Source: Octopus sinensis
Lineage: Eukaryota
DNA length: 64,000 bases
Assembly (NCBI RefSeq): GCF_006345805.1
Contig: NC_043003.1
Span: 46,314,001 to 46,378,000, forward strand
Reading direction: 5' to 3'
Below the pieces are notes generated by a model that worked only from the letters and a program-made list of their open reading frames with translations, was not told the DNA's origin and ran no database searches. The number at the start of each line of letters is the position of its first letter. Position 1 is the stretch's first letter. The translations under genes and the position numbers were made by a program. Of the stretch, positions 13,296 through 26,280 are shown in pieces.

Positions 13296-14244
13296 TTACT
13301 AATAGCAATTCACCATACGTAGGCATAAAGGAAAAAATGAGCTCATTACTAATTCTGATATAACGACCTGCCTGAATGCGTCCACGTGTCATCTAAGACA
13401 CGTTCATGCCATGTACAATAGACAGTCTAGTTAAAAGACATACCGCGGGGGGAGGGAGGATGTAGCATAAACCCGCGCTTTAAAGCAATTTTATGCAATT
13501 TTGGGGAGGGGTGAAATTACCCTCATGATTAAAAGTTATGATCAACAATTTTTGATTTAAATCAGACCAGGTTTATTAGCTATCCTGTGATAAGGCTTTT
13601 TAATTTTCCCTAACTGATATTTCTCGCAAAAAAAGTTGCAATTTGTAAAAATGTATAAATTATCTTGAATGAACTGTTCAAATATACGCAAACAATAGAA
13701 AAAGAATAATTCGTTTATTATCTCCCCTTGTTCAGACCGGTCGACGTAACAGAGCCTCTTTTAGTAGAAGCTATCGCAGTGTTCATGAGTTATTTCATCG
13801 AACTTTTCAGATATCAATTGGTAAAGCTCCTGCTCGTTCTTTGCCTCGCCTTGGATAACCGAGCGTTTCCAAACAGTATTTTAACAGAAAAAGTGACTTC
13901 TAAAAACGGTTATAAAGAGCAAAGAGCTTACTATTCGAGTTTATCCAACTCACGTTTGTTGTCCCAAACTCGGGGTTAGATCGAAGTTCGAGTAACAGTG
14001 GGCTCCACTGGATGAGTTAGATAAGATAGATATGTATTCCCTTACGGCTGATGTAGTTTAACTCTTTTTTTTTTCTCTCAAGGCTTGAGCACCGATTGGA
14101 AAATCCAAACTTGATTGCAAAGAATTCACACGCACACACAAACACATACACACACAAACATATACAGAGACTGAGAGAGGTGGAGAGAAAGTGGATGTGT
14201 ATAGTTAAGAGGAACGTCATTTATGTTAGCATATATGCAAATTT

Positions 14245-15310
14245 TAGGGCGGTGAGCTGGCTAAATTTTACCGCGCCGTACCAAATGCTTAGCGGCACTT
14301 AGTCCATCTTTGTTTTGTGTTCAAATTCAAGGTCACCTTTACCTTTCACTTTTTCAGGCTCGATAAGATACGTAGAAGTTGAGAACTAGGGTGGAAGTAT
14401 TCGACTTTCCCCCTTCCTCGAAAGTGGTGCCCTTGTGCCAAAAATGGAAACCGATATGTTAACATATAGATTAAGGCGGCGAGCTGGCAGAATCGTTAGC
14501 GCGCCGGGCGAAATGCTTAGCGGTATTTCGTCTGCAGCTACGTTCTGATTTCAAATTCCACCGAGCTCGACTTTGCCTTTCATCCTTTCGGGGTCGATAA
14601 ATTAAATACCAGTTACGCACTGGGGTCGATATAATCGACTTAATCGGTTTGTCTGTCCTTGTTTTTCCCCTCTCTGTTTAGCCTCTTGTGGGTAGTAAAG
14701 AAATAGGTATTTCGTCTGCCGCTACGTTCTGAGTTCAAATTCCACCGAGGTCGAATTTGCCTTACATCCTTTCGGGTCGATAACTTCAGTAACAGTTACG
14801 CACTGAGGTTGATATAATTAACTTAATTCGTTTGTCTGTCCTTGTTTGTCCTCTCTATGTTTAGCCATTTTGTGGGCAATAAATCGTTAAAATGCCGTGA
14901 AATATGCTTAGTAGTAGTTTCTTTGACTTTATGTTATAAGTTCAATCTGCCGCCGGGATTACCTTTGTCTTTCATCCTTTTGGGGTCAGTAAAACAAGTA
15001 CCAATTGAGCACTGAAGTTCGATGTAATGGTCTAACCCCTTCCTCAGAATTGCTGGTTTTCTGCCAAACTATGAAAGCAAGACATATATTTTGAAAACCA
15101 CGTGGGGATATTATCAAATATGTTGGTTTCAAATTTTGGCACAAGGCTAGCAATTTTAGGTGAGTGTTTATGCGATTACTTCGAACCCGGTTTGAAATTG
15201 GTACTCATTGTATTGACTCCGAGGGGATGAAAGGCAAAGTCAACCTCGTCGGAATTTGAACTCAGAACCTAATGACATAAATGTCGCTATGCATTTTGAC
15301 TGGTGTGCTA
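14245..15310. mobile_element. Cluster of SINE family B copies (14245-14455 +, 14472-14880 + with duplicated core, 14880-15080 +, 15125-15310 -)
   Basis: Head aaggcggcgagctggcagaatcgttagc, B-box gttcaaattcc, and core gactttgcctttcatcctttcggggtcgataaa..taccag. Confidence 0.88.
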
Positions 15311-15604
15311 AAAGAAATTTCGAAATATTGAAAAGTCATTGAACCCCAGAAGAGTGAAAATCAGTCCAATTTCGTGCGATTTCCGATCACACGGTAATGC
15401 GTTATCACTAATTATCGCGAAGCTTTTTGTCTGATATCATAACGAACCTTGTAATCCACCATACTAACACAGGAAAACATAATAAAGTACTAATAAAATT
15501 ATATTTTAAGAGATAACTATATATATGTATATATATATTATAATATATAATATATATATATATATCTATATATATATATTAATATATATATATATATGCG
15601 TGCA

Positions 15605-15651
<47 letters not shown>

Positions 15652-15655
15652 TGTG

Positions 15656-15858
15656 TGTATGAGAGTTATACACTGAGGGAAAGCCACTAAGTGGTTTTCC
15701 ATCACGCTAGAATGGAAGTTAAATCCCAAACCATGAAAACCTATTCTTAGTTTGGCACATTAAGTAAGAATAGCTTTCGTTGTTTGGGATTTAACTCAGA
15801 TTTCTAGCGTGATGGAAAACCACTTAGTGGCTTTCCCTCAGTATATAACTCTTATACA
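15656..15858. mobile_element. MITE-like foldback, ~200 bp
   Basis: ~95-bp imperfect inverted arms with a short central loop, between (TA)n tracts. Confidence 0.7.
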
Positions 15859-15890
15859 GGCATATAATATACACACCACTCCCTCTTTTG

Positions 15891-15924
<34 letters not shown>

Positions 15925-15949
15925 TTTATATATTACTTATCAAATTCAT

Positions 15950-16314
15950 TACACCGTGGCCATGCTGGGGCACCACCTTCAAGAACTTTTTGACGAATGA
16001 ATTGTCAACAGTACCTTTTTGATTTTTTTAAAAACTGGTATTTGTTTTATCGGCTTCTTTTGTTGAACTGCTAAGTTATGTGAACGTAGACACTCCGACA
16101 TCGGTTGTCAAGCCGCTGAACAAACACAGCACAAGGGCATACAAACATCGATATATATACGATGGCCTTCTTTCAGTTTCCGTCAACCAAATCCACTCAA
16201 TAGTGTTTAGTCGGCCCGAGGCTATGTAGAAGATACTTGTACTTGGTGCCACGCAGTGGGACTGAACCCGGAAGCATATATTTTGGAAGCCAACCACACA
16301 GCCATAATTGTGCC

Positions 16315-16315
<1 letters not shown>
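15950..16315 (-). mobile_element. SINE family A, diverged
   Basis: Matches 33591-33996 in reverse (ggccatgctggggcacc; ggtgccacgcagtgggactgaacccgg). Confidence 0.8.
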
Positions 16316-16358
<43 letters not shown>

Positions 16359-16409
16359 CATACACACACACACACATACACACACACACGCATATATATA
16401 TATATATAT

Positions 16410-16512
16410 GCGATGGTGCCCAGCATGGCCGCGGCCTTCGGGCTAAAACATTTTTAAGGATTTAAGGATATATATATATATATACATATATCCTTAAATC
16501 CTTAAATATATA

Positions 16513-16558
<46 letters not shown>

Positions 16559-16614
16559 TTAAATCCTTAAAAATGTTTTAGCCCGAAGGCCGCGGCCATG
16601 CTGGGCACCATCGC
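16410..16614. repeat. Perfect 59-bp inverted duplication of a LINE/SINE 3' tail around a (TA)n spacer
   Basis: Arms 16410-16468 and 16556-16614. Confidence 0.9.
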
Positions 16615-16689
16615 ATATATATATATATGTGTGTGTGTGTGTGTATGTGTGTGTGTGTATGTGCGTGTGTGTGTGTATGTGTGTATGTA

Positions 16690-16720
<31 letters not shown>

Positions 16721-17143
16721 TTATATATGTGTATGTTGTATGTATGTATATATGTATGTATTTATGTACATATGTGAGTGTATTCATTTTCTTCACTGAA
16801 AGGGGAGATAAGAAGTATTCAATATTCACTTTCAAAAGCTTAATACAACTTAGTAAGCATGGTGCTGATTGTGGTGGTGCTGATGGTGGTGGTGATGGAG
16901 AGGAGTAATGATGATGGTGATTGTTTTGATGTTGAGCTTTGTTCAGTGTTGATTATGAGGATAAATGATGATGGTGATCCTAAAGCTTGTGTCCATGTTA
17001 CTTGAAACTGAAGATTCATTCCACCGTTGCACTGTGTTTTCTTATACACCCTGTATTTCAAGATACATAAATTCATCGACACGCACGCACACACACACAT
17101 ACACACACAGTCACACAGGCAAACACACACACACAAACACACG

Positions 17144-17208
<65 letters not shown>

Positions 17209-17313
17209 TTGTGTGCGTGTGTGTGTGTGTTTGCGTGTGTGTTTATGTATGTAATATATTTGTGTATATATATATATATATATAAAGCGTATATATTTTG
17301 TAGAATAACGTAC

Positions 17314-17368
<55 letters not shown>

Positions 17369-17500
17369 ATAGACGCAGGCGCGCGTGAACACGTGTAGGG
17401 ATTCCCTCCCTCGTCGCACTGAGTCTTCGCTATGTGCGTTCCTTTAAGGAGAAAAAAAACATAACATCTATATATGTTTTATATATATATATATAGATAT

Positions 17501-17549
<49 letters not shown>

Positions 17550-17555
17550 ATATAT

Positions 17556-17590
<35 letters not shown>

Positions 17591-19822
17591 GTATGTATAT
17601 ATGTATGTATGTATATGTATGTATGTATGTATGTATTATGTATATGTGTTTGTGTGCGTACATACTGATGTGCGTCTCTATTTGTGAAATTATGGGAAAT
17701 CTCTGGCAACAGTCTAATTCTGTGAAGTTGCTTATAAAGATGTGGCGTAATTCTTTAATTTCAACGCATACTACACCCAGGCTTTGATCATTACCGCGAT
17801 CAATGTTGCTAAAGCAGAAACGGGAGAAAATGCAAGGACAAAATTTCCATTTGGAAGCAGTGACTGGAAAGAAGTGTTGTTGAATATTTTGCTTCAATAA
17901 TTAGGAAGACTTTACCAAAGATGGGGAACTAGATAGATATATGTAAAATGTATAAGTTGTTTTAGAATAGTTTTAACAAAGTCACAGTTTATCAGCAAAG
18001 AGTAATAGATATTTTGAAAGTAAAACCTAAACTAGAAGACACTTACAACACTAAATATCAAAGGAATATGTCATAATTTTTGCATTTAGAATTTGTTCCA
18101 TGTCTGTGACACCTTGTTCAGATTACAGGTGTATTAAGAATATAACTCTCGCAATGAAAGCTACAGGTGATAGCGAACATGGATGTACACCTTGAAAAAG
18201 AAATTTTTTGTTTAACATGTTTAAATGCGATTACATTCGTTCAGTTTTATTTTATTAGATGCACCTTTTTACGGCTAAGGAGTCATTATTTATAATTAGA
18301 ACCGTTTTCATGAAACTGCATTTCGTTCATCAATAGTTTCTCATTTCATAAGAGAATTCTGAATTTTAGATTTAGAATCAAAAACATATTCAAGCAAATT
18401 GTGTCTGCGCTTCTGAATGGACTGTTAAATATATGTCTATGCTGATCATACAATGTTTTAAATGGCTTACCGTCAAACCTATATAATATCAAACGTTGAT
18501 TCATTGGTTGTTGAAATACTTCTAACATATACTACGATGCTAATGATTGCCATTTAAAGATGATATCGTATTCATTCAGACCCATTTCATATTACGTGTT
18601 GCTCAATTCGTAATTTTTGTATTTTTAATGCTTATATACACATATATATCCAGGAAAATTCTTAGATATTCCACTAACGACCTCATAAATTGCTAACAGC
18701 TCTGTAATATATATTTACATTAGTATAAGAATATGCTTTTTCAATAAGGCGTTCATAAACTGAAAATACTACATTCTACAAATAGGATTGTGAAATACAT
18801 TGCCCTCTCCCTAATTTTATGAACGAGAAGACAAAATAGCATTTTCGTTTATATTATTCTCCTTTCTTGGCCACTGGGTTGGACAAGTTTAAAAAGATGA
18901 AAACAGTCTTAATTCTATTAAACATACTAATTATCTTCCCCTTTGCAATTTACACAGGTTTCCCTATGATAAGCATTGTGTTAAGTGGTATTCGTTTACC
19001 CTGCGCAAAGTTGTCAACAAGCATATAAAATCAGTTTTATGTTTAATATAGAATAACTAGGAACTGGGACATGAAACAATCTCCTGAAATTTTAAGCTAT
19101 AATTTCGTCCAAATATATTTAAGATTTGAGAGACGGAAATTCCCTATGACCAACAGAGATATATTTATCAAATTTTCTCACTGCAAAATCAATCCATTTA
19201 TTTCTATAACAAAAATATTTTCAATTTTATATCAAACATAACTTTGATGAGTGTTGTCGTTTCTTTCTGGAAAAAAAAAGGAAATAAAAAGAAACATGAA
19301 ATAAATGGAACGGATAGCATAATGAAATCGCCTTTTGCTTTTGGCAGAATCGAGGCATAATCTCCAAATAATACCTCTTGATTTGTCATATTTGTACACA
19401 TATTATAATGCACATAGTATAATCATTTGGAAAAGAATTATTAATTGCAATCATATTTCAACAAACGAACATGAGCACCAACATTCACCATGCGCCGACG
19501 ATTCCTTCAACACATGGAAATTTATAAAAAATGAAATTGCTTATTTCATACACTTATAAACACCTGAACAACCGAAAAGCGACACTGTAAGATTAGTTTC
19601 AACTTAAAAAAAAAAGCTAACTTCAAATAATGAATGCTTCTTCTTGAGCATGTAGTGTACTGTGTATCTATTTGCAATATAATGTACAGATACATGTGTG
19701 TGTGCATTTGTGTTTGTCTGTGAATAAACATATATACACATATGCGTACATATAATATGTACACATATCTGTGTGCTGTGATTGCATGTGTGCGTGTACA
19801 TAATATCTACAATATATACTAT

Positions 19823-19871
<49 letters not shown>

Positions 19872-20667
19872 ATTGATATGTGTATAAATATTATATGCCC
19901 CATACGTTAAACAAACTTTCAAATATAAAACATATTTAAGCGTTACGTTCTTATTCATGGGACGCCTTGCGTATATAAACATTCGGCTGTTTGTCATATT
20001 ACACATCAAATCCGCCTCAGAGATAAACATGTGTGTGCGTGTGTGCATGTGTGTGTGTGTGTGTGTGTGTATGTAACCTTATGTGTAACATGGATGCATG
20101 TGGTTGTGTTAATGTCATTGAGTATCTGCATAAATGTGTAATTTCCTCTCTATCTATATGTGCGTGTTGTATGTGTATGCTTGTATGTATGTGTGTATGT
20201 ATGTATGTATGTATGTATGTATGTATGTATTTATGCATGTATGTACGTGCGTGTTTGTTTTTTTACGCAGTCGACATCGTACATAAACTCGATCCCACAC
20301 AAACATTATCCTTATCCCGATGGTACAGGATGCCAAACGGATGTAGAATGAACATCTCACAGACTATCAAATGTCGGCATTGTTGAATAGTTTTTATTGA
20401 CATAAAACCATCTGATCTGGAGCTGACTTTGAAGCTATTTTTTATTTTCCCTTATTTCAATTATTGAGTTTATTCTAGTATTTATTTGTATAACCACAGA
20501 AATATTCGTACACCTAGGTTTATTCTATAAAAAAAAAACATACATAACTCCCTTCTGATTTACGCGCATTCTAACGATTTATCACATCCATATATGAATA
20601 CATTCACGTATCTATAAATCTGTGTGTTTGAGTCTCTCCCTTTCTTCCTTCCAACACAGACGCACAG

Positions 20668-20743
<76 letters not shown>

Positions 20744-20760
20744 TATATATATATTTATAT

Positions 20761-20881
<121 letters not shown>

Positions 20882-21265
20882 AATTAGCGAAAACCACTAT
20901 TATGCAATTCAAACAATGATAGACATAAGCCAAATCATAAATAAAAAATAAAATATATTTTTTAAAACATATAACTAGATCACAAAATGTACAAAAATCA
21001 ATATATATATATATCTATTTATATAACTTACTGTTAATATAAAACAAGGGGGCGTTTCATTACTTAATAAGTGAAAAATTGTATATGAAACGCACAGGCG
21101 AAATGTAATAAAAAGATATAATGAATGTTTAATATATAGGTGTGTGTTGTGCATTCATTACATATACATATATATATGTGTGTGTGTGTATGTAAATATA
21201 TATATGTTGTGTGTGTAAGTATGTATATACAGTATATATATATATGTGTGCTTATGTATATATAT

Positions 21266-21297
<32 letters not shown>

Positions 21298-21298
<1 letters not shown>

Positions 21299-21563
21299 AA
21301 GTTAATCCAAACAAGAAAGCACAAAAAAACACAACAACGCGAGGACGTGGAACAAATATAGTTTTATTGGACGCTCAGGAAAGAAGGAAAGATGGAGGGT
21401 TTAACGTTTCGAGCGGAGGTCTTCGTCGGAAACATAGGAGAAGGAAAGATCCAGAGAAGGAAGACAGAGGGAAAAAAATCGCCAACGGTACAGGTGTAAG
21501 TCGTGGCGACACAAGTGGAAAAATGGAGGTAGAAGAAGAAAGGTAAAAAAGGACGAGGAAAAG

Positions 21564-21570
<7 letters not shown>
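21298..21570 (-). mobile_element. Short Penelope-terminus-like element in (TA)n with a minimal hammerhead
   Basis: Purine-rich element flanked by (TA)n on both sides; contains the hammerhead fold at 21399-21433. Confidence 0.6.
21399..21433 (-). ncRNA. Minimal type I hammerhead ribozyme, mutated (U4C)
   Basis: Minus strand: GTTT-CCGACGA-AGACCTCCGCTC-GAAAC-GTT-AAAC. Loop-less palindromic stem III AACGTT; imperfect stem II. Confidence 0.6.
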
Positions 21571-21604
<34 letters not shown>

Positions 21605-21861
21605 TTTAACAATTAAGGATAATCTCTTAATAAGGGATCTTAACAAGACATTATCGGGTAGCTAGCGTGAAAACCTCATAAAAGAAAAGAATTCGAAAAT
21701 AATTTTTTTCTTTTGAACAAATTAATTATATCTATATTGTATAGAGGGCATTATTACACATAAATGCCTCACACTAGGAGGGACAAAGTCATTACTACCA
21801 AAATTATACTAATCATACCCAAATGCAGTTTTTCAAAGCAAGACATTTAAAAAATGAATTT

Positions 21862-21919
21862 AGTTCTGTATCACCGTGATTTCACATTCAACTTACGTCT
21901 AATGATCGTCAGCAGAACT
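21862..21919 (-). ncRNA. Type I hammerhead ribozyme (left-arm copy)
   Basis: Reverse complement of 21973-22030. Confidence 0.8.
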
Positions 21920-21972
21920 GATTCTGAACACATCATAAATAAACTACCATTATTTATGATGTGTTCAGAATC

Positions 21973-22030
21973 AGTTCTGCTGACGATCATTAGACGTAAG
22001 TTGAATGTGAAATCACGGTGATACAGAACT
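21973..22030 (+). ncRNA. Type I hammerhead ribozyme
   Basis: AGTTCTG-CTGACGA-T-CATTAGAC-GTAA-GTTGAATG-T-GAAA-TCACGGTGA-TA-CAGAACT. 7-bp stem I, GNRA-capped stem II, palindromic stem III, AUA triplet. Confidence 0.8.
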
Positions 22031-22150
22031 AAATTCATTTTTTAAATGTCTTGCTTTGAAAAACTGCATTGGGTATGATTAGTATAATTTTGGTAGTAAT
22101 GACTTTGTCCCTCCTAGTGTGAGGCATTTATGTGTAATAATGCCCTCTAT

Positions 22151-22204
<54 letters not shown>

Positions 22205-22442
22205 TTTATACGTGTGTCTGTATGTATGTCCATGTTTTCATGTATATACACTTGTGTATATGTGTATATATGTTTACATGAATGGGAGTAGTTAGATATG
22301 TGGTGGAGGACGGAATATCTGTGTTTGTGTGCGTGCGCGCAGGTGCGCATTTGTGCGCCTCTGCATATAATTACGTTAAATTTTTTCGTATAAATGAGAG
22401 ACCAGTCCTCAATATATGTTTAAATTGAAACAGAAATTTGTT

Positions 22443-22481
22443 TTGCAACACGAGTTTCACGGCACAGCGATCTTCAGGCAA
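22443..22481 (-). ncRNA. Minimal hammerhead ribozyme, degenerate
   Basis: Minus strand: TTGC-CTGAAGA-TCGCTGTGCCGT-GAAA-CTCGTG-TT-GCAA. Core intact; stems II and III weak. Confidence 0.55.
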
Positions 22482-23009
22482 GAACTTATAAACTCGGTAA
22501 AATAATTATATCCTTTGGTATTTGTGTTTTTGTGTGCATGTGTGCGTGCGTGCATGCGTGTATGTGATTGTGTTTGTGTGTGGGCTCTAACACTTATGTT
22601 TGTTTCTGAAATTACTTTCCATGGTTATTCAGTGGGTGCTTTTTTTTCCCCTCGGGCCTCATTGTTTGTACCAAAAAACGACCCTCGGTCTATGAACGCA
22701 AAACACATGACAATGAATAAATACAATCACTAAAACAAAAAAAAATGGAATCACCACATCAACATAATCTAATCTAAACAACAAATGAAGAAGTCAGAAA
22801 AACACTATAAACAATTGTATTAACAATCTTAATCGATGCCAATAGTTCAAACCATCCATACAAGTGGATTTTGAGGGATATGTTCATGCACAGCGTCAAC
22901 GTTCATTTGGATTCCTTTTGTTATAAGTATATCGGCACACTACTTCAGATTTACTTAAACGTAGTGTTTTTTTTTTTTTTGGCTGAAAACTAAATATCCA
23001 TTTTTGTTT

Positions 23010-24175
23010 TGCGTCTTTCAGTCATCAGATTGCGGCCAAGCTAGAGCACTGCTTTGAATAATTTTTATTCGAATCAATCGATACCGGCACTTCATTTTCT
23101 TTTTTTAAGCCTGATACTTATTCTATCGGTGTCTTTCTCTGAACAGCTATGTTACGGGCACGTAAAGACGCCTATACCGGTTGTCAAGCAGTTATGGGTG
23201 GACAAACACAGCCACAAAATACACACACACAGATTGAAAGAAGTTATATATATATATATATATATATGATAAATAATATACATGGGTACAGGACGTCGCC
23301 AACGGTGCAAATAACATATAATCCGTAAACAAAAGAGTGAAATATGTAGACAACGAGAAAATATGATGGAAAACAGGAAGAGTAAACAAAGAGAAGGACC
23401 CTTCATCAGTTCTCGGCTGTCTACCTACTTCTCACTTCGAGCATTAAATGACAATATGAGTCTTCAAAAGCAGTTGCTCCCATAAATTCTAAAAACAAAA
23501 TTTGTATTTATGGCGGTTCATAGTTGGGGACAAAAACTGACAGTGGAGAGACCCAAGGAAATCGAATGAAAACAAACACGGAGGGTCGTTTGACCAGAAC
23601 GAGAGGAAAATAGTGATCGCTGGAAGAAACATTTTTTTTAAACAGAAAATACAGAAGAGAGAGAGAGAGAAAAACCATGTCCGTTGTTTTAAACGTCCGT
23701 GCAGAAAACGAAAGATGCTGACATGAGGAAAAGAAAGATGGTTGATTGTCACGTGTGAGCAGCGAGACAGAGGTAGAGAGAAACAGAGAAAGAGAGAGAG
23801 AGAGAGAGAGCGAGAAAGAGAGAGAGAGAGAGAAACAGTTAGAAAATGGTTAAGGATGGAGGATGAGAAAAAGGGAATGAGAGAAAGATGGGGGATGAAA
23901 ACAGTATATAGTAGAGACGCATCAAAAAGTTGAAGATGAACTTACTTCGAAATGGATGCGTCGCGTCCATTTAGATTTACTATATTTATATAAATATATA
24001 TATATATATATATGACAACTTATTTCAGTTTCCGTCTAACAAATCCACTCACAAGGTTTTTAGTAGTCCTACGGCTATAGTAGAAGACACTTGACAAAGA
24101 TGCCACGAGGTGGGACTGAACCTGAAACCATGAGGTTGTGAAGCAAGCTTTTTACCACACATCAATGCTTGTGTC
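23010..24175 (-). mobile_element. SINE family A split (23010-23250 and 24005-24175) by an insertion in its internal (TA)n
   Basis: Collinear 3' and 5' halves are separated by ~750 bp that includes the 7838-type repeat. Confidence 0.7.
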
Positions 24176-25879
24176 ATGCAATTTTTTTTTATTACAACCT
24201 AAATATCCATGGGTATTTTTTCCTAGAAACATGAAATCTTTTGAGTGGGGTTTCCATTGTAGATGTTTATTGCCAATAACACTTACGAATGGATTCATAT
24301 GATCTCTGTTCTTTATCAAAAAATAACATACTTATTGTATACAATCCTTACTAAGCTTCAGTAGACCAACTAAAATCTCGTTTAGTTAGATTAGTTATAT
24401 TCATGGTTAGAGTATTTCATGATGAAAGTGATATCACGGCGTGAACAAGATGGAAACTAACTTTTCTCTTTCTACTTTTGTCATGTTAGTTTATCATACT
24501 GATGCTCACTCAACAGAGTATTTACATAAACGATGATGATACTGAAGCCCAATGGAAATTTCTGCCAGAGACCATTAATTATTCCATTTATGCACCTCAA
24601 CTTATTCTAGTGAAAGTGATATGTTTAATTCTATCTGCCAGAAGAGATTTACACGAAGTAATAATTTTCATTTATTAAAGATATCCGGAAACATTGTGAA
24701 TAGAAGTAAATGGTTCAATGATTCAAATAATAACTAGATATCTACATATAACAGTAACATTTTGTTCAATTCGTAATAATATTCAAGATATATCATGCTG
24801 GATGCGCCAGTTTATACTGGTGATAATGCAAAACCATTTTGCTTGAGCTTTGAGAAGACTTTACTTTCCTTCAGATTTTCTTAATCTTATAAGGGTTTTC
24901 TTTAGATGCCATGCGAGTGATGTGGGAGAAACAGTCCGTATACTTCTCTGAGAGAAACTTTTTAACTTTCTGGCAGATTAAATGAAAATCATGTAATATA
25001 CTGGACAGCTTTTTTCAAGAGAATGTCAGCAGGCATGGTTAGAGGTGTCGCTAATTGACAAGAGAATTATTTTTTAAATATGACAGACAATTTGCCAAAT
25101 CCCTTTTGGAAATTCTGTTTATTTAAATTATATTTACTTTTGAGGTCTATTTAGCTTAAATAGATTATACAAAAATCCTTGCCATAGACTACGCTGGGAT
25201 CACTGACGGCTAGTATGTATTGTTCCAGGAAGCTTTCTCCTTTCTCGTAACGATTTGAATTCACGTGTCTACATATGTAGATAAAAATGCGTTCATATGT
25301 TTGATGCTTTTTGAATTTGAATTTAGTTTTTCTATTACTTATAGTTTTTCCTTGTTTATTTTATTCATTATCGTTTTCGCTTTTATTTTATCATACTGCT
25401 GTTATTTTTTTCATCATATTTAATAATTTTGATTAGTTTATTAATTGTAATAGAAATTTTAAATTTTGATATTTATTATTTTATTATTTTGACTTACCAT
25501 AAATACAAGACTTCTCCAACCCGTTCAGTATTTTCCTTCTCTGGTTTAAGACCTTACATCACTGGTTAAGTATTAATACTTACATTTATGATAGGATTTC
25601 ACTTCACTCTTCTTTGTTGAACTCATCTAAAATGGTTCAAGGCCTAATTAATTTGATATTATTAATATACAATTGAAATGCCATTTTATTATCTGAGAAT
25701 GAGTCAGTTTTCATGTCAGATAAAATCCATTTTTTCCGCTCGTCTGATTCCAAAAGTTTCGGAGCATAATTTAGCTAAAGCATTTTAAACTAAAAAGAAC
25801 CCCCTATATGCTAGCTTCAAGACATAAGACATACTTCCAATATTTAATGTCCAAGAATTCATCGCTCCTTAAGTAGGGA

Positions 25880-26280
25880 CCCTACCTGGACTCCTTCTAC
25901 AGCTGTCTGTCTCTGGCCTGTCGTGACCATGTAGAACTCAGACAGCGGTTGAGATCATCTCCCATCTTATCTTGATCTTTTCCCTTGTCTTGGTGTTTAT
26001 TTCATCACCCTGGTTTCCATCTGCTGTCCTTCAGTCGTGCGATGTGACCAACCTATCTATTTTTGTTCTCCTTGATAGCTTCTATGATGTTGACTTTCGT
26101 CTGCTGCCGAATCCAGGCGTTAGTCTTCTCCTGAAATGTGATGCTGTGCATGGGTCGATCCATTTTCCGTTGGGCTACAATAAGGGCATCCATCAAGGTA
26201 GTATTGAGAGCCCATGTTTCACTTTCGTAAATATCACTTGCAGGAATATATACTTCATCTTGGATTATGTCTGATCCCAA
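25880..26280 (-). mobile_element. RTE-clade LINE 3' fragment
   Basis: YESETWALN..AQRKMDR..NAWIRQQTKV.., then VGHIARLKDSRW after a stop. Confidence 0.8.

Larger units (their letters stand above)
21601..22158. mobile_element. Asymmetric inverted-repeat element: ~210-bp arms (21733-21942/21950-22158), 7-nt loop, ~130-bp extension
   Basis: Arms differ by one 1-bp indel as far as I can see. Flanked by (TA)n; each arm holds a hammerhead. Confidence 0.85.
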
